From positions 14,311 through 78,310 of the forward strand of contig JBFWMZ010000010.1 in the NCBI GenBank assembly GCA_050251335.1: a stretch of DNA of 64,000 nucleotides. Reading direction: 5' to 3'. Shown piece after piece: positions 25,559 through 38,587 of this stretch. Origin of the DNA: Solirubrobacterales bacterium. Its GTDB lineage: Bacteria; Actinomycetota; Thermoleophilia; Solirubrobacterales; 70-9. The number at the start of each line of letters is the position of its first letter. Positions within the stretch are counted from its first letter, which is position 1. Made by a program: the position numbers and the translations under genes. The notes beneath the pieces are model-generated. The model was given only the letters and a program-made list of their open reading frames with translations. It was not told the DNA's origin and ran no database searches.

Positions 25559-26845
25559 ATGAGCGTCGCCTCCCAGAGCCTGATGGACAACGTCACCTAC
25601 GAGGATCTGTACCGGCGCTGGGAGCAGGGCAATTGGTCGGCCTACGACCTCGATTTCTCCGCCGACCGCGCCGGCTGGGAGTCGCTCAGCGACATCCAGC
25701 GCCGCTCGGCAATGTGGATCTACTCGATGTTCTTCTACGGCGAGGACCGGGTCGCCGACACCCTCGCCCCGTACATCACCGCGGCGCCGAGCGAGGAGCA
25801 GGCCTACTTCCTCGCCACCCAGCAGGTCGACGAGGTCCGCCACTCGATCTTCTTCCATCGCTTCTTCAAGGAGGTGATCGGGGTCGGCGGCGACTCGATC
25901 CACGACACGCTGGCCACCACCCTGCCGCAGCTCAACTGGGGCTACCGCGGCATCTTCGACCGGCTCGACTGGATGGCCGAGGAGCTGCGCAAGGACCGCT
26001 CGCTGCCCAAGTACGCGCAGGCGATCACCCTCTACCACCTGATCGTCGAGGGCAGCCTGGCACAGCCCGGCCAGCACTTCATCGAGGACTTCTTCGCCTC
26101 CGAATCGACGATGCCCGGCTTCAGCGCCGGCATGGCCAACGTCTCCAAGGACGAGCAGCGCCACATCGGCTTCGGCGTCAAGGTGCTCTCCGAGCTGCTG
26201 GCGCCGTCGCACCCGGCGTCCGGGGAGTGCCGGGCCGCCGTCGTCGAGCTGCTGCGCGAAACCCTCCCCTACGGCCCCGCCGTCTTCTACCCGCCCAACT
26301 TCGACCGCTCCTACACCGAGTGCTACGGCTTCAGCCTCGAGGACATCTTCTCCTTCGGCCTGAAGCTGATCCGCCAGCGCTGGCGGACGATCGGCTTCCC
26401 CACCGAGGAGATGCCGCCGGGGGTCTTCCCCTTCGACCCCGACGCCGACGAGCGAACCGTCGCCGAGCGCCAGGTGAAGATGATGGAAGCCGGCGTCCTC
26501 GGCCCGCCCGACGCGCCCGGGCCCGACCCCTCGCCGGAGGTCCAGCGGCTCTACTTCGACATGGTCAAGCGCAGCGCCAACACCGCCGCCGCCAACGGCG
26601 CGCCGCTGGTCTACCAGTGGCGCTTCTCCGACGCCCAGCCCTGGCACCTGGTGATCGACAACGGCTCGACCCGGGCCGAGCCGGGCGAAGCGCCCAACCC
26701 CACCGTCACCTTCGAGAGCAGCTGGCGCGACTGGGTCGCTGCCGGCAAACCGGACGCCAACCAGCTGAGCTTCGTCCTGCGGCGCAGGATCCGCCCCCGC
26801 GGCAAGCTGACCGAGCTGGCGCGGGTGCGCAAGGTCTTCGCCTGA
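25559..26845 (+). CDS. Ribonucleotide-reductase-R2-like di-iron carboxylate protein fused to a C-terminal SCP2 sterol-carrier-like domain
   Basis: Four ligand motifs are present: FFYGEDRV, QVDEVRH, LIVEGSL, SKDEQRH. The C-terminus is SCP2-like (WHLVIDNGSTRAEPGE...TFESSWRDWVAAGKPD...IRPRGKL). ATG at 25559 follows AAAAGGAG. Confidence 0.8.
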   Translation: MSVASQSLMDNVTYEDLYRRWEQGNWSAYDLDFSADRAGWESLSDIQRRSAMWIYSMFFYGEDRVADTLAPYITAAPSEEQAYFLATQQVDEVRHSIFFHRFFKEVIGVGGDSIHDTLATTLPQLNWGYRGIFDRLDWMAEELRKDRSLPKYAQAITLYHLIVEGSLAQPGQHFIEDFFASESTMPGFSAGMANVSKDEQRHIGFGVKVLSELLAPSHPASGECRAAVVELLRETLPYGPAVFYPPNFDRSYTECYGFSLEDIFSFGLKLIRQRWRTIGFPTEEMPPGVFPFDPDADERTVAERQVKMMEAGVLGPPDAPGPDPSPEVQRLYFDMVKRSANTAAANGAPLVYQWRFSDAQPWHLVIDNGSTRAEPGEAPNPTVTFESSWRDWVAAGKPDANQLSFVLRRRIRPRGKLTELARVRKVFA

Positions 26846-26856
26846 GCCCCTCCTAG

Positions 26857-28281
26857 CTAGGAGATCGGCGGGCGTCGGTCGGCCCAGGGGCGCTCGGCCT
26901 CGATCTGGCCGGCGAGCGAAAGCAGCGTCGCCTCGTCGCCGGGGCGGCCGACGATCTGCACCGCGAGCGGCATCCCGTCGGCGCCGAAGCCGAACGGCAC
27001 CGCCATCGCCGGGTTGCCGAGGTGGTTCCAGGGGACGCAGAAGGGATAGAAGCGGCCCATCCCGAGCACCGTCGCCAGGGCGCCGCGGCCCTGCCAGCGG
27101 CGGACCGGCAGCGCCGTCCCGCCCATCACCGGCGTCAGCAGCACGTCGCAGTCGTCGAACAGCGCGTTGACGCGGGCGATCTCGGCCGGGCGGCGGGCGA
27201 TCGCCTTTTCGTAGAGCGCCTCGGGCAGCAGGCGGCCGAGGCGGCCGAAGCCGCGGGTGCGGCGTTCGAGCCGCTCCGGGTGCGGGACTTCGTCGACCGT
27301 CTCCCCCACCCCTTTGAGGAAGCGGGCGCTGAGGGTGTCGCCGATCGATCCCCAGTCCGGGTCGCGGGGGGTGACGTCGTGGCCGAGCGAGCCGAGCAGG
27401 TCGGCCATCGCGACCACCGCCCGCTCGACCTCCGAGTCGACCGTCGGCGGCAGCATCGCCCGCGGCGGCGTGTTCGACCAGGCGACGCGTAGCCGGCCGG
27501 GCGGCGTCTGCGCCGACTCGACGAAGGGTCGCTCGGGCGGCGGCGGCAGCTCCTCCTCGTCGGCGCCGCCGGAGACGATGTCGAGCCAGAGGGCGGTGTC
27601 GATCACCGAGCGGCTGAGGCAGCCTTCGACCACCATCCCGCGCCAGCCTTCCTTGCGGGGGGCCTGCGAGACGCGGCCGCGCGAGGGCTTCAGCCCGAAG
27701 AGGCCGCAGCAGGCGGCGGGGATGCGGATCGAGCCGGCGCCGTCGCCGGCCGAGGCGATCGGCACCAGGCCGGCGGCCACCGCCGCCGCCGAGCCGCCGC
27801 TCGAGCCGCCCGGCGTGCGCTGCGGGTTCCAGGGGTTGCGGGTGACGCCGTAGGTGGCCGACTCGGTGAAGCCGCAGATCGCCAGCTCGGGCAGCAGGGT
27901 GAGGCCGACGACGATCGCCCCCGCCTCGCGCAGCCGCCGCACGATCTCGGCGTCGGCGCTCGCCGGCTCGTCGTAGGCGTCGGTGCCGTGCGAGGTGACG
28001 GCGCCGACCACGGCGACTTCGTCCTTGATCGCGATCGGCACCCCGAGCAGCGGCCGCTCCTCGCCTGCGCGGAGCCGCGCTTCGGCCTGCTCGGCCTCGA
28101 GCAGCGCCCGCTCTTCGAACAGCAGGCGGAACGAGTTGAGCTGCGGGTCGAGGCGGTGGATGCGCTCGAAGCAGAGGCGGACCAGCTCGGTCGGGGTGAC
28201 CTCCCCGTCCCGGACCATCTGCGCCTGCCGCGCCGCGCCCGCGAACGCCAGGTCCGCGGCGACTGAAGTCCCCTCCTCCAC
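26857..28281 (-). CDS. Amidase-signature family amidase (1)
   Basis: GVPIAIKDE...GGSSGGSAAAVAAG...GSIRIPAACCGLFGLKPS. Confidence 0.9.
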   Translation of the reverse strand: MEEGTSVAADLAFAGAARQAQMVRDGEVTPTELVRLCFERIHRLDPQLNSFRLLFEERALLEAEQAEARLRAGEERPLLGVPIAIKDEVAVVGAVTSHGTDAYDEPASADAEIVRRLREAGAIVVGLTLLPELAICGFTESATYGVTRNPWNPQRTPGGSSGGSAAAVAAGLVPIASAGDGAGSIRIPAACCGLFGLKPSRGRVSQAPRKEGWRGMVVEGCLSRSVIDTALWLDIVSGGADEEELPPPPERPFVESAQTPPGRLRVAWSNTPPRAMLPPTVDSEVERAVVAMADLLGSLGHDVTPRDPDWGSIGDTLSARFLKGVGETVDEVPHPERLERRTRGFGRLGRLLPEALYEKAIARRPAEIARVNALFDDCDVLLTPVMGGTALPVRRWQGRGALATVLGMGRFYPFCVPWNHLGNPAMAVPFGFGADGMPLAVQIVGRPGDEATLLSLAGQIEAERPWADRRPPIS

Positions 28282-28317
28282 GGCCCGATCCTATCGGGCG
28301 GCTCTAAGCTTGCACCG

Positions 28318-28449
28318 ATGGCGGCCACGGGTAGCGGCGACGAGGCGGCGGCCGAGGAGCTGGCGCAGCTCCTGGCGCTCGCGGCGACCCTTTCCGAGCA
28401 GCCGCTGGAGGGCGTCGAGCCAGTCTCCTGCCCGCAGGACTGGGAGTGA
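28318..28449 (+). CDS. 43-codon GatC/AtzG-like micro-ORF translationally coupled to amidase (2)
   Basis: Manual translation: MAATGSGDEAAAEELAQLLALAATLSEQPLEGVEPVSCPQDWE*. The TGA (28447-28449) overlaps the amidase GTG (28446) as GTGA. The '..L.GVEP....P' segment resembles the conserved GatC core. It is below the ORF-track length cutoff. Confidence 0.45.
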   Translation: MAATGSGDEAAAEELAQLLALAATLSEQPLEGVEPVSCPQDWE

Positions 28450-29747
28450 GCGAGCTCGCCCCGGCGGCGGCGGTAGAGGCCGCGCTGGCGCGGGTCGAGC
28501 AGCTCAACCCGCGGCTGGGCGCCTACCTGCACGTCGACCCCGAGGGCGCCCGGGCGGCGGCGCGCGAAGCGGGGATGCCGAGCGCCGAGCGACCGCTGGC
28601 AGGGATGCCGATCTGCGTCAAGGACGTCTTCGACGTCGCCGCGATGCCGACCACCGCCGGCGCCACGGGCTGGCGCCGCGACCCGGCAGCCGACGCCGTC
28701 GCCGTCGCCCGCCTGCGGGCGGCCGGAGCGATCGTGATCGGCAAGGGCAACAGCAACGAATTCGCCTACGGAATCGACGGCAGGAACCCGAGTCGCGGCG
28801 ACTGCCGCAACCCGTATGACCCCGATCGGATCAGCGGCGGCTCCAGCTCCGGGCCGGCGGTCGCGACCGCGACGGGGATGGCGCGGGCCGGGCTCGGCAC
28901 CGACACCACCGGCTCGATCCGGGCCCCCGCCTCGCTCTGCGGCCTGGTCGGCGTCCGCACCACCCGCGGCCTGATCCCCACTGCCGGCGTCGTGCCGCTC
29001 GCCTGGAGCTACGACACGGTCGGGCCGCTCGCCCGCACGGTCGCCGACGCGGCGCTGCTGCTCGACGTCCTCCTCGGGCGACCCCCGGGCGTCGCACCGC
29101 AGCCGCGGGCCGCCGGTCTGCGGCTCGGGCTGGCGAGCGAGCTGCTGGCGCTCGCCGACGAGCCGGTGGCGGCGCGGATCCGCGCGAGCGCCGGCGCCCT
29201 CGCCGCGGCGGGCGCGACAGTCGAGGAGCGCGGCGTCCCCGACCCGGCGCGGGCGACCGCGATCCACCGCATCGTCCAGGCCGCCGAAGCCGCGACCGTC
29301 CACGCGCCGTGGTTCGAGCGCCAGCGCGAGCACTACGCCCCCGACGTCCGCGCCCGGCTCGAAGCCGGTCGCCAGCTGAGCGCCGAGGTCTACCTGCGCG
29401 CCCAGCGCCACCGCCGCCTCTTCAGCCGCGACTTCGCCGCCGCGATGCATGGCCTCGACGCGATCCTGGCTCCGAGCACGCCGGTCACGGCGCCGCCGCT
29501 GAACGCGACCGCGGTGACGATCAACGGCGCGCCGCAGGCGGTGCGGCCGGCGCTGCTCTCCTGCCTGTTGCCGATCAGCCAGCTCGACTGCCCGGCGGTG
29601 TCGGTGCCGGTCGGGATGCTGGACGGGCTGCCGGTGGGCATGCAGCTGATCGGGAGGCCGGGGAGCGAGGATCTGCTGCTGCGGCTCGCAGCCGCGGTGG
29701 AGGCTCAGGCCGACCCCACTCCCGAGCCGCCGTTGGCGCGAAAGTAG
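28446..29747 (+). CDS. Amidase-signature family amidase (2)
   Basis: GMPICVKDVF...GGSSSGPAVATATG...GSIRAPASLCGLVG. Confidence 0.9.
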   Translation: MSELAPAAAVEAALARVEQLNPRLGAYLHVDPEGARAAAREAGMPSAERPLAGMPICVKDVFDVAAMPTTAGATGWRRDPAADAVAVARLRAAGAIVIGKGNSNEFAYGIDGRNPSRGDCRNPYDPDRISGGSSSGPAVATATGMARAGLGTDTTGSIRAPASLCGLVGVRTTRGLIPTAGVVPLAWSYDTVGPLARTVADAALLLDVLLGRPPGVAPQPRAAGLRLGLASELLALADEPVAARIRASAGALAAAGATVEERGVPDPARATAIHRIVQAAEAATVHAPWFERQREHYAPDVRARLEAGRQLSAEVYLRAQRHRRLFSRDFAAAMHGLDAILAPSTPVTAPPLNATAVTINGAPQAVRPALLSCLLPISQLDCPAVSVPVGMLDGLPVGMQLIGRPGSEDLLLRLAAAVEAQADPTPEPPLARK

Positions 29748-29775
29748 CCCTATAGGCAACAAACGCGCCAATCGC

Positions 29776-32019
29776 TCAGGCGCGCGCGCCCTCGGGCTCG
29801 GGCCGCTCCTCCTCCCCACCCTCAAAGCTCAGATTCGGCAACGCCCGATCCAGCCACCCCGGCATCCACCAGTTCCAGTCGCCCATCAGCTTCATCGCCG
29901 CCGGCACCAGGATCAGCCGCACCAGCGTCGCGTCGAGGGCGATCGCGATCGCCGAGCCGAGTCCGATCTCCTTGATCGACGGCACCCCGGTGAGCACGAA
30001 CACGCCGAACACGGCGGTCATGATCAGCGCCGCCGAGGAGATCGTGCGGGCGCTCGAGGCGAGGCCCTCGGCGACGGCGCGTTCGTTGTCGCCGTGGCGC
30101 AGGTAGCGCTCGCGGATACGCGACATCAGGAACACCTCGTAGTCCATCGAGAGGCCGAAGACGACGGCGAAGATCAGCGGCACGTTGATCGTGTCGAGGG
30201 CGCCCTGGCTTTCGAAGCCGAGGAAGCCGTCGAGCCAGCCCCACTGGAAGATCGCGACGAGGATGCCGAAGGCGGCGCCGATCGAGAGCAGGTTCATCAG
30301 CACCGCCTTGAGCGGCAGCAGCAGCGAGCGCAGCATCACCATCAGCACCACGAAGCTGAGGGCGAGGACGAAGAGGACGATCTTCCACATCCCGCCGGAG
30401 ATCTGCTCGCGGACGTCGTGGCTGCGGGCGGTTTCGCCGCCGACGTCGACCGTCGCCCGCTGCGCGAGGGCGCTGGCCGGCACCACGGTTTCGCGCAGGC
30501 GCTCGACCAGCGCCGTCGCCGCGTCGGACTCGCTCGGCGCGCTCGGCGTCGCCTGGATCAGGGCGCTATCGGCGGCGTAGACCGGCGGCTCCGTGGCGCT
30601 GACCCCTGGGACGGCCCCCACTTCGCGCTCGAAGGCCCGCACCTCGGCCCGCTCGGCGGCGCCCGGCGGCGCCCCGAACGAGGCGACGATCTGGATCGGG
30701 TCGGTGCCGCCGCCGAGCTCCGCGGAGGCGAGCTCGGAGCCGACCCGGACGTCGCTGTCCTTGGGGAACTGGGCAAGCGCTTCGGTCCCCGTCCGCATCG
30801 AGAGCACCGGGCTGGCGAGCACCAGGAGGACCGCGGCGACGCCGCCGACGGCGAGCCACGGCCGCGCCATCACCCGTTGCGTCCAGTGGCTCCAGAAGCG
30901 GCTGGCGCCGACGATCGCCGCCTCGGCGCCGGCCGGCTCGGGCCTGCGGCGGCGGTAGAAGCGGCGCCGGGCCCAGCGCGTCACCCTGGCGACGATCCCG
31001 CCGGGCAGGACGCGGTCGCCGAGCGTCGCGATCAGCACCGGCAGGAGCGTCGTCGCGGTCAGGATCGAGACGGCGACGACCGTCATCGCCCCCAGCGCCA
31101 TCGAGCGCAGCGCCTGGTTGTCGACCATCCAGAGGCCGGCCAGCGAGATGATCACCGCCAGGCCGGAGAAGCTGACCGCGAGCCCCGAGGTGGCGAGCGC
31201 CTGCGCCCGCGCCGCAGCGGGATCGCGCCCCGCTTCGCGCTCCTCGCGGTAGCGGGCGAGGATGAAGAGCGAGTAGTCGATCGCCACCCCGATGCCGATC
31301 ATCGAGGCCATGTTGGTGACGAAGACCGAGGTCGTCATCTCGAGCGAGATGAAGTAGATCAGCGCGCCGGTGACCAGCACGCTGACGAAGCCGAGCGCCA
31401 GCGGCAGCACCGCCGCGGCAAGCGAGCCGAAGACGACGAGGAGGATGATCGCGACGATCGGGAAGCCGGTCGCCTCGGCCTCGGAGAGGTCGCGCTTGGA
31501 GATTTCCTGCATCCCCGCCCAGATCGTCGGCTGCCCGACCAGGTAGGGCGTCACCGCGCCGACCGCGGTGCCGGGGTCGAGGTCCTCGCGCAGCGTCGCC
31601 GCCGAGTCGATCAGCTCGTCGGCTGAGCGGTTGCTGCGCAGCGGCAGCAGGGCGGTCCCGGCGGCGGCGAGCCCCCGCCGCGCCGCCCGCGCGCTCGCGG
31701 CTGGCAGCGTCACCCCCTCGAGCTGCGCGACCTCGCGCCGCAGCCGCCCGATCGCCGCCCGCCGCTGCGCCGCGCTCGCCCCCGGCTCGGCCTCGAGCAG
31801 CACCGCGATCCCGTCGGCCCGCTGGCCGAACTCGCCCTGCAGGGCGTCGCCGACCGCCTTCGACTGGCTGCCGGGCACGTCGAAGCCGCCTCCGGTCAGG
31901 TGGTCGGTCTGCTTCGCCGCGAACGGCAGCGCCGCGACGACGATCGCCAGCCAGGCGGCGAGAACCCAGCGCCGCCGTCGGCCCAGGACCCCGGCCAGCT
32001 TGTTCATCAGGCCCCGCAT
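29776..32019 (-). CDS. MMPL-family (RND superfamily) membrane transporter
   Basis: Two 6-TM bundles with the MMPL motifs GIGVAIDYSLFILARYREE and GLSMDYEVFLMSRIRE. Confidence 0.9.
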   Translation of the reverse strand: MRGLMNKLAGVLGRRRRWVLAAWLAIVVAALPFAAKQTDHLTGGGFDVPGSQSKAVGDALQGEFGQRADGIAVLLEAEPGASAAQRRAAIGRLRREVAQLEGVTLPAASARAARRGLAAAGTALLPLRSNRSADELIDSAATLREDLDPGTAVGAVTPYLVGQPTIWAGMQEISKRDLSEAEATGFPIVAIILLVVFGSLAAAVLPLALGFVSVLVTGALIYFISLEMTTSVFVTNMASMIGIGVAIDYSLFILARYREEREAGRDPAAARAQALATSGLAVSFSGLAVIISLAGLWMVDNQALRSMALGAMTVVAVSILTATTLLPVLIATLGDRVLPGGIVARVTRWARRRFYRRRRPEPAGAEAAIVGASRFWSHWTQRVMARPWLAVGGVAAVLLVLASPVLSMRTGTEALAQFPKDSDVRVGSELASAELGGGTDPIQIVASFGAPPGAAERAEVRAFEREVGAVPGVSATEPPVYAADSALIQATPSAPSESDAATALVERLRETVVPASALAQRATVDVGGETARSHDVREQISGGMWKIVLFVLALSFVVLMVMLRSLLLPLKAVLMNLLSIGAAFGILVAIFQWGWLDGFLGFESQGALDTINVPLIFAVVFGLSMDYEVFLMSRIRERYLRHGDNERAVAEGLASSARTISSAALIMTAVFGVFVLTGVPSIKEIGLGSAIAIALDATLVRLILVPAAMKLMGDWNWWMPGWLDRALPNLSFEGGEEERPEPEGARA

Positions 32020-32151
32020 CGCTGCACCGAGCCTCCTCCTCTCCCCGCCGAGGGGACTGTGATCCGCGTCACAACGTGAGCGGCGTCACCAAGGCCGTTA
32101 TCCTCTCGGTATCTGGGGAGATGCGACTGAGTCCCACCACTGAGTAGGCCG

Positions 32152-33452
<1,301 letters not shown>

Positions 33453-33456
<4 letters not shown>

Positions 33457-34061
33457 TCCTTGACCAGCAGGAAGCGGGCGCTGGCGGTGCCGGCCGCGAC
33501 CGCCGCCCTGTCGTCGAGCTCGCGGTCGGAGAGCGCCTGCAGGGCGAAGCCGTCGCCGAGGGCGAGGAGGAACGAGACCACGGCGTCGGCGTCGAAGCGC
33601 AGGCTGAGGACGCCCTCCCGCTCCTTGGCGCGGAGGACGTCGGCGACGTGGGAGCGGGTGTGGGCGAAGAGCCGGCCGACCTCCTCCTGGATGTCGGGGT
33701 TGCGGCGGCCGGCGCTGAACAGCTCGTAGATCAGCAGGAAGACGTCGGGTTCGTTCTCGATCAGGTCGGTCAGCGAGGAGACCAACGCGTCGAGAACGTC
33801 CTCGACGCTCTTCGCCTCGGCCAGCAGTTCGTCGAGGCGGGCGATCCGCAGCTCGGTGTCGCGGCGGACGACCTCGACCAGCAGCCGCTCCTTGGTGCCG
33901 AAGTAGTAATGCAGGAGACCGCGGCTGACGCCCGCTTCGCGGGCCACGTGCTCGAAGGTCGAGCCGGCGGCGCCGCGGCGCGCGACGCTGTCGCGCATCG
34001 CCTCGACGATCCGCTTCGCCTTATCGCCGCTGAGCTCGCGCTCTTTGGTCGCGGCCTCCAC
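33453..34061 (-). CDS. TetR-family transcriptional regulator
   Basis: STFEHVAREAGVSRGLLHYYFGTKERLL (TetR HTH). Start set at GTG 34061. The stop shares a CTAG with the convergent DegT stop. Confidence 0.85.
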
Positions 34062-34092
34062 GTCGTCGCCGCTCCCCGGAGCCGTGACTGCC

Positions 34093-34515
34093 CTAGGAGC
34101 CGTTGATGCTGGTGGTCGAGGTGTACTCGAACTCCTCTTCGGCGCCGAAGAGCGCGTCGAGCACCGCCTTGCGAGCGCCCTCGCTGACCACCAGGGCGAC
34201 GATGCCGCCGACGATCGCGAGCAGGAGCAGCCGTCCGAGCTTGCTCTTCTTCTTCGGCTTCTGCAGCCGCTCGTTGGCGTCCCTGAGCTTTTCGGCGGCC
34301 TTGCGCAGCTCCTTCTGGGTCTTCTTGTCGGAGGTGACGGCGTTGACCGGACCCTTGCCGTTGCCGGTCGCACGGCTGTAGGCCTTCTTCGCGGATTGCA
34401 GTGCGTCGCGAAGATTGTCGCGCAGCTCTTCGTCCTCGATCAGGCGCTGCACGTACTGGTTTTCCCTGGCCGTCTCGTACAGGTCGCTGGCGCGGTCAGC
34501 CTTCGTCTTGCTCAT
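34093..34515 (-). CDS. Lys/Glu-rich protein with a C-terminal TM anchor (hypothetical)
   Basis: MSKTKADRASDLYETARENQYVQRL...KKKSKLGRLLLLAIVGGIVALVV. ATG is preceded by GAGGAGAAGG. Confidence 0.65.
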   Translation of the reverse strand: MSKTKADRASDLYETARENQYVQRLIEDEELRDNLRDALQSAKKAYSRATGNGKGPVNAVTSDKKTQKELRKAAEKLRDANERLQKPKKKSKLGRLLLLAIVGGIVALVVSEGARKAVLDALFGAEEEFEYTSTTSINGS

Positions 34516-34578
34516 ACCTTCTCCTCGCTGGATCTAGTGGCCTTCTTGCAGGATATTCCACTACCCCAGCTGGATGTG

Positions 34579-34615
34579 GACAAGCAGGCCGAGGACGCCG
34601 GGGCGCGCAGTCGAG
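34579..34615 (+). repeat. Partial copy (D) of the 'ACAAGC..CCGAGGACGC' intergenic repeat family
   Basis: GACAAGCAGGCCGAGGACGCCGGGGCGCGCAGTCGAG. It shares a 12/12 run, CCGAGGACGCCG, and the motif GGCGCGC..AGTCGAG with copy B (47437-47490). Confidence 0.6.
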
Positions 34616-34617
34616 AT

Positions 34618-36153
34618 TCAGCTGGGACCGACGCCGTCCATCAGCACGCCGGTGGTGCGGAACCTGAGGTCCGGGCCCCGCAGCTTGCGCAGCCGCACCC
34701 GCGCCAGGCTCGGCCCGGGCAGGCTGTAGCGGCGGACGAACAGACGACCGGCCGAGTAGGCGCCGCGTTCGCGGAAGCGCGGTCCGAGCACCTCCGGCCC
34801 CGGCGGCGGCACCTCGCCGTCGGAGATGAAGTCGACTTCGTGGACGTGCCAGGGATAGCCTTCCGAGGCTCGCACCTGGAAGGAGCCGGTCGAGAGGTAG
34901 TGGCGCAGCGAGGCCTCGCCGAGCGTCCAGGTGACCATCGCCCGCGGCCCGCTCGGTTCCCCGAGCTTGGCGGCGACCGCGTCCCAGTCGGGCCGCTGCA
35001 GGCTCGGCAGGGCGCTGGCCGCGAGGCAGAAGCCGAGCGAGTAGACGAGCAGGGCGCCGCCGAGCGCGGCGCCGGTCCGCCGCGCCGCCGGCAGGCTGAA
35101 GGCGATCGCGGCGACGACCAGCAGCGGCACCAGGGCCGGGATCAGGTTGCGGGCGAGGACGTAGTCCTTGCTGGTCGAGACGAGCGCGACGGCGACCGGA
35201 ACCGCGATCGCGGCGGTGCCGACCGCGAAGGGCAGGAAGGCGGCCCGCCGTTCGTCGCGACCGCCGCGCCAGAGCAGCAGCGCGAAGGCGGCGACGAAGA
35301 GCGCCAGCGGCACCAGTGAGAGCTCGGGCCGCTCGGCTTCGCCGATGATGTCTGCGGTCTCGCCGGTGACGAAGGTCCCGGCCGATTCGGCCAGCCGGTG
35401 GCCGAGGCCGTACTGGCCGATCCACTCGGCGTGGCCGATCGACATCTGGTGGAAGGCGAGCGGCGCCAGCGCCAGGGCGAAGGCGGCGAGCACGCCGATC
35501 CCGACCAGCGCCCCGCGCCCGCGCCGGCGCAGCAGCAGGAGCAGCTCGGCGACGAGCGGGAAGACGGCGAAGTAGTGGGTCGCCAGCGCCAGGCCGGAGA
35601 AGACGCCCCACCAGACGAGGTCGCGGCGGCGGCCCGAGCGGGCGGACCGGATGCACCAGAGCAGCGAGAGGGCGCCGAAGAGGACCAGCAGCGAGTAGGC
35701 GCGGGCCTCCTGCGAGTACCAGAGCAGCATCGGGTTGACGGCGACCAGCGCCGCCGCCCAGAGGCCGGCGCGGCGCCCGCGCAGCTCGGCGCCGAGCAGG
35801 TATGCGACCGGCACGGTGAGGACGCCGGCCAGCGCCGAGAGCGAGCGCAGCCCCCACTCCCCGGTGCCGGTCATCTGCGTCCAGAACCAGGCGAGCGCGT
35901 AGTAGAGCGGCGGCGTCGACTCGCTGAAGCCGACGGCGTCCATCGCGTGGGCGAAGCTGCCGCGCAGCAGGCGGCTGGCGGTGACGATCTCGTCGTGGTG
36001 GTAGCTCTGCACCCCGAGCGTCGCAAAGCGCAGCGCCGCGGCGCCGACGGTCAGCCCGGCGACGATCCAGAAGACCCGCGAGCGCGTCCGCGCCGCCTCG
36101 GCGACCGCCTGCAGCGGCCCGGCGACGCCGCGCGGGAGGCTTGCCGCCTCCAT
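34618..36153 (-). CDS. Glycosyltransferase family 39 / ArnT-like (PMT_2) membrane glycosyltransferase
   Basis: Polytopic N-terminal domain (SYHHDEI...PPLYYALAWFW...) with a soluble C-terminal domain. Confidence 0.85.
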   Translation of the reverse strand: MEAASLPRGVAGPLQAVAEAARTRSRVFWIVAGLTVGAAALRFATLGVQSYHHDEIVTASRLLRGSFAHAMDAVGFSESTPPLYYALAWFWTQMTGTGEWGLRSLSALAGVLTVPVAYLLGAELRGRRAGLWAAALVAVNPMLLWYSQEARAYSLLVLFGALSLLWCIRSARSGRRRDLVWWGVFSGLALATHYFAVFPLVAELLLLLRRRGRGALVGIGVLAAFALALAPLAFHQMSIGHAEWIGQYGLGHRLAESAGTFVTGETADIIGEAERPELSLVPLALFVAAFALLLWRGGRDERRAAFLPFAVGTAAIAVPVAVALVSTSKDYVLARNLIPALVPLLVVAAIAFSLPAARRTGAALGGALLVYSLGFCLAASALPSLQRPDWDAVAAKLGEPSGPRAMVTWTLGEASLRHYLSTGSFQVRASEGYPWHVHEVDFISDGEVPPPGPEVLGPRFRERGAYSAGRLFVRRYSLPGPSLARVRLRKLRGPDLRFRTTGVLMDGVGPS

Positions 36154-36169
36154 CAGGCCCCCGGGCCCG

Positions 36170-38579
<2,410 letters not shown>

Positions 38580-38587
<8 letters not shown>

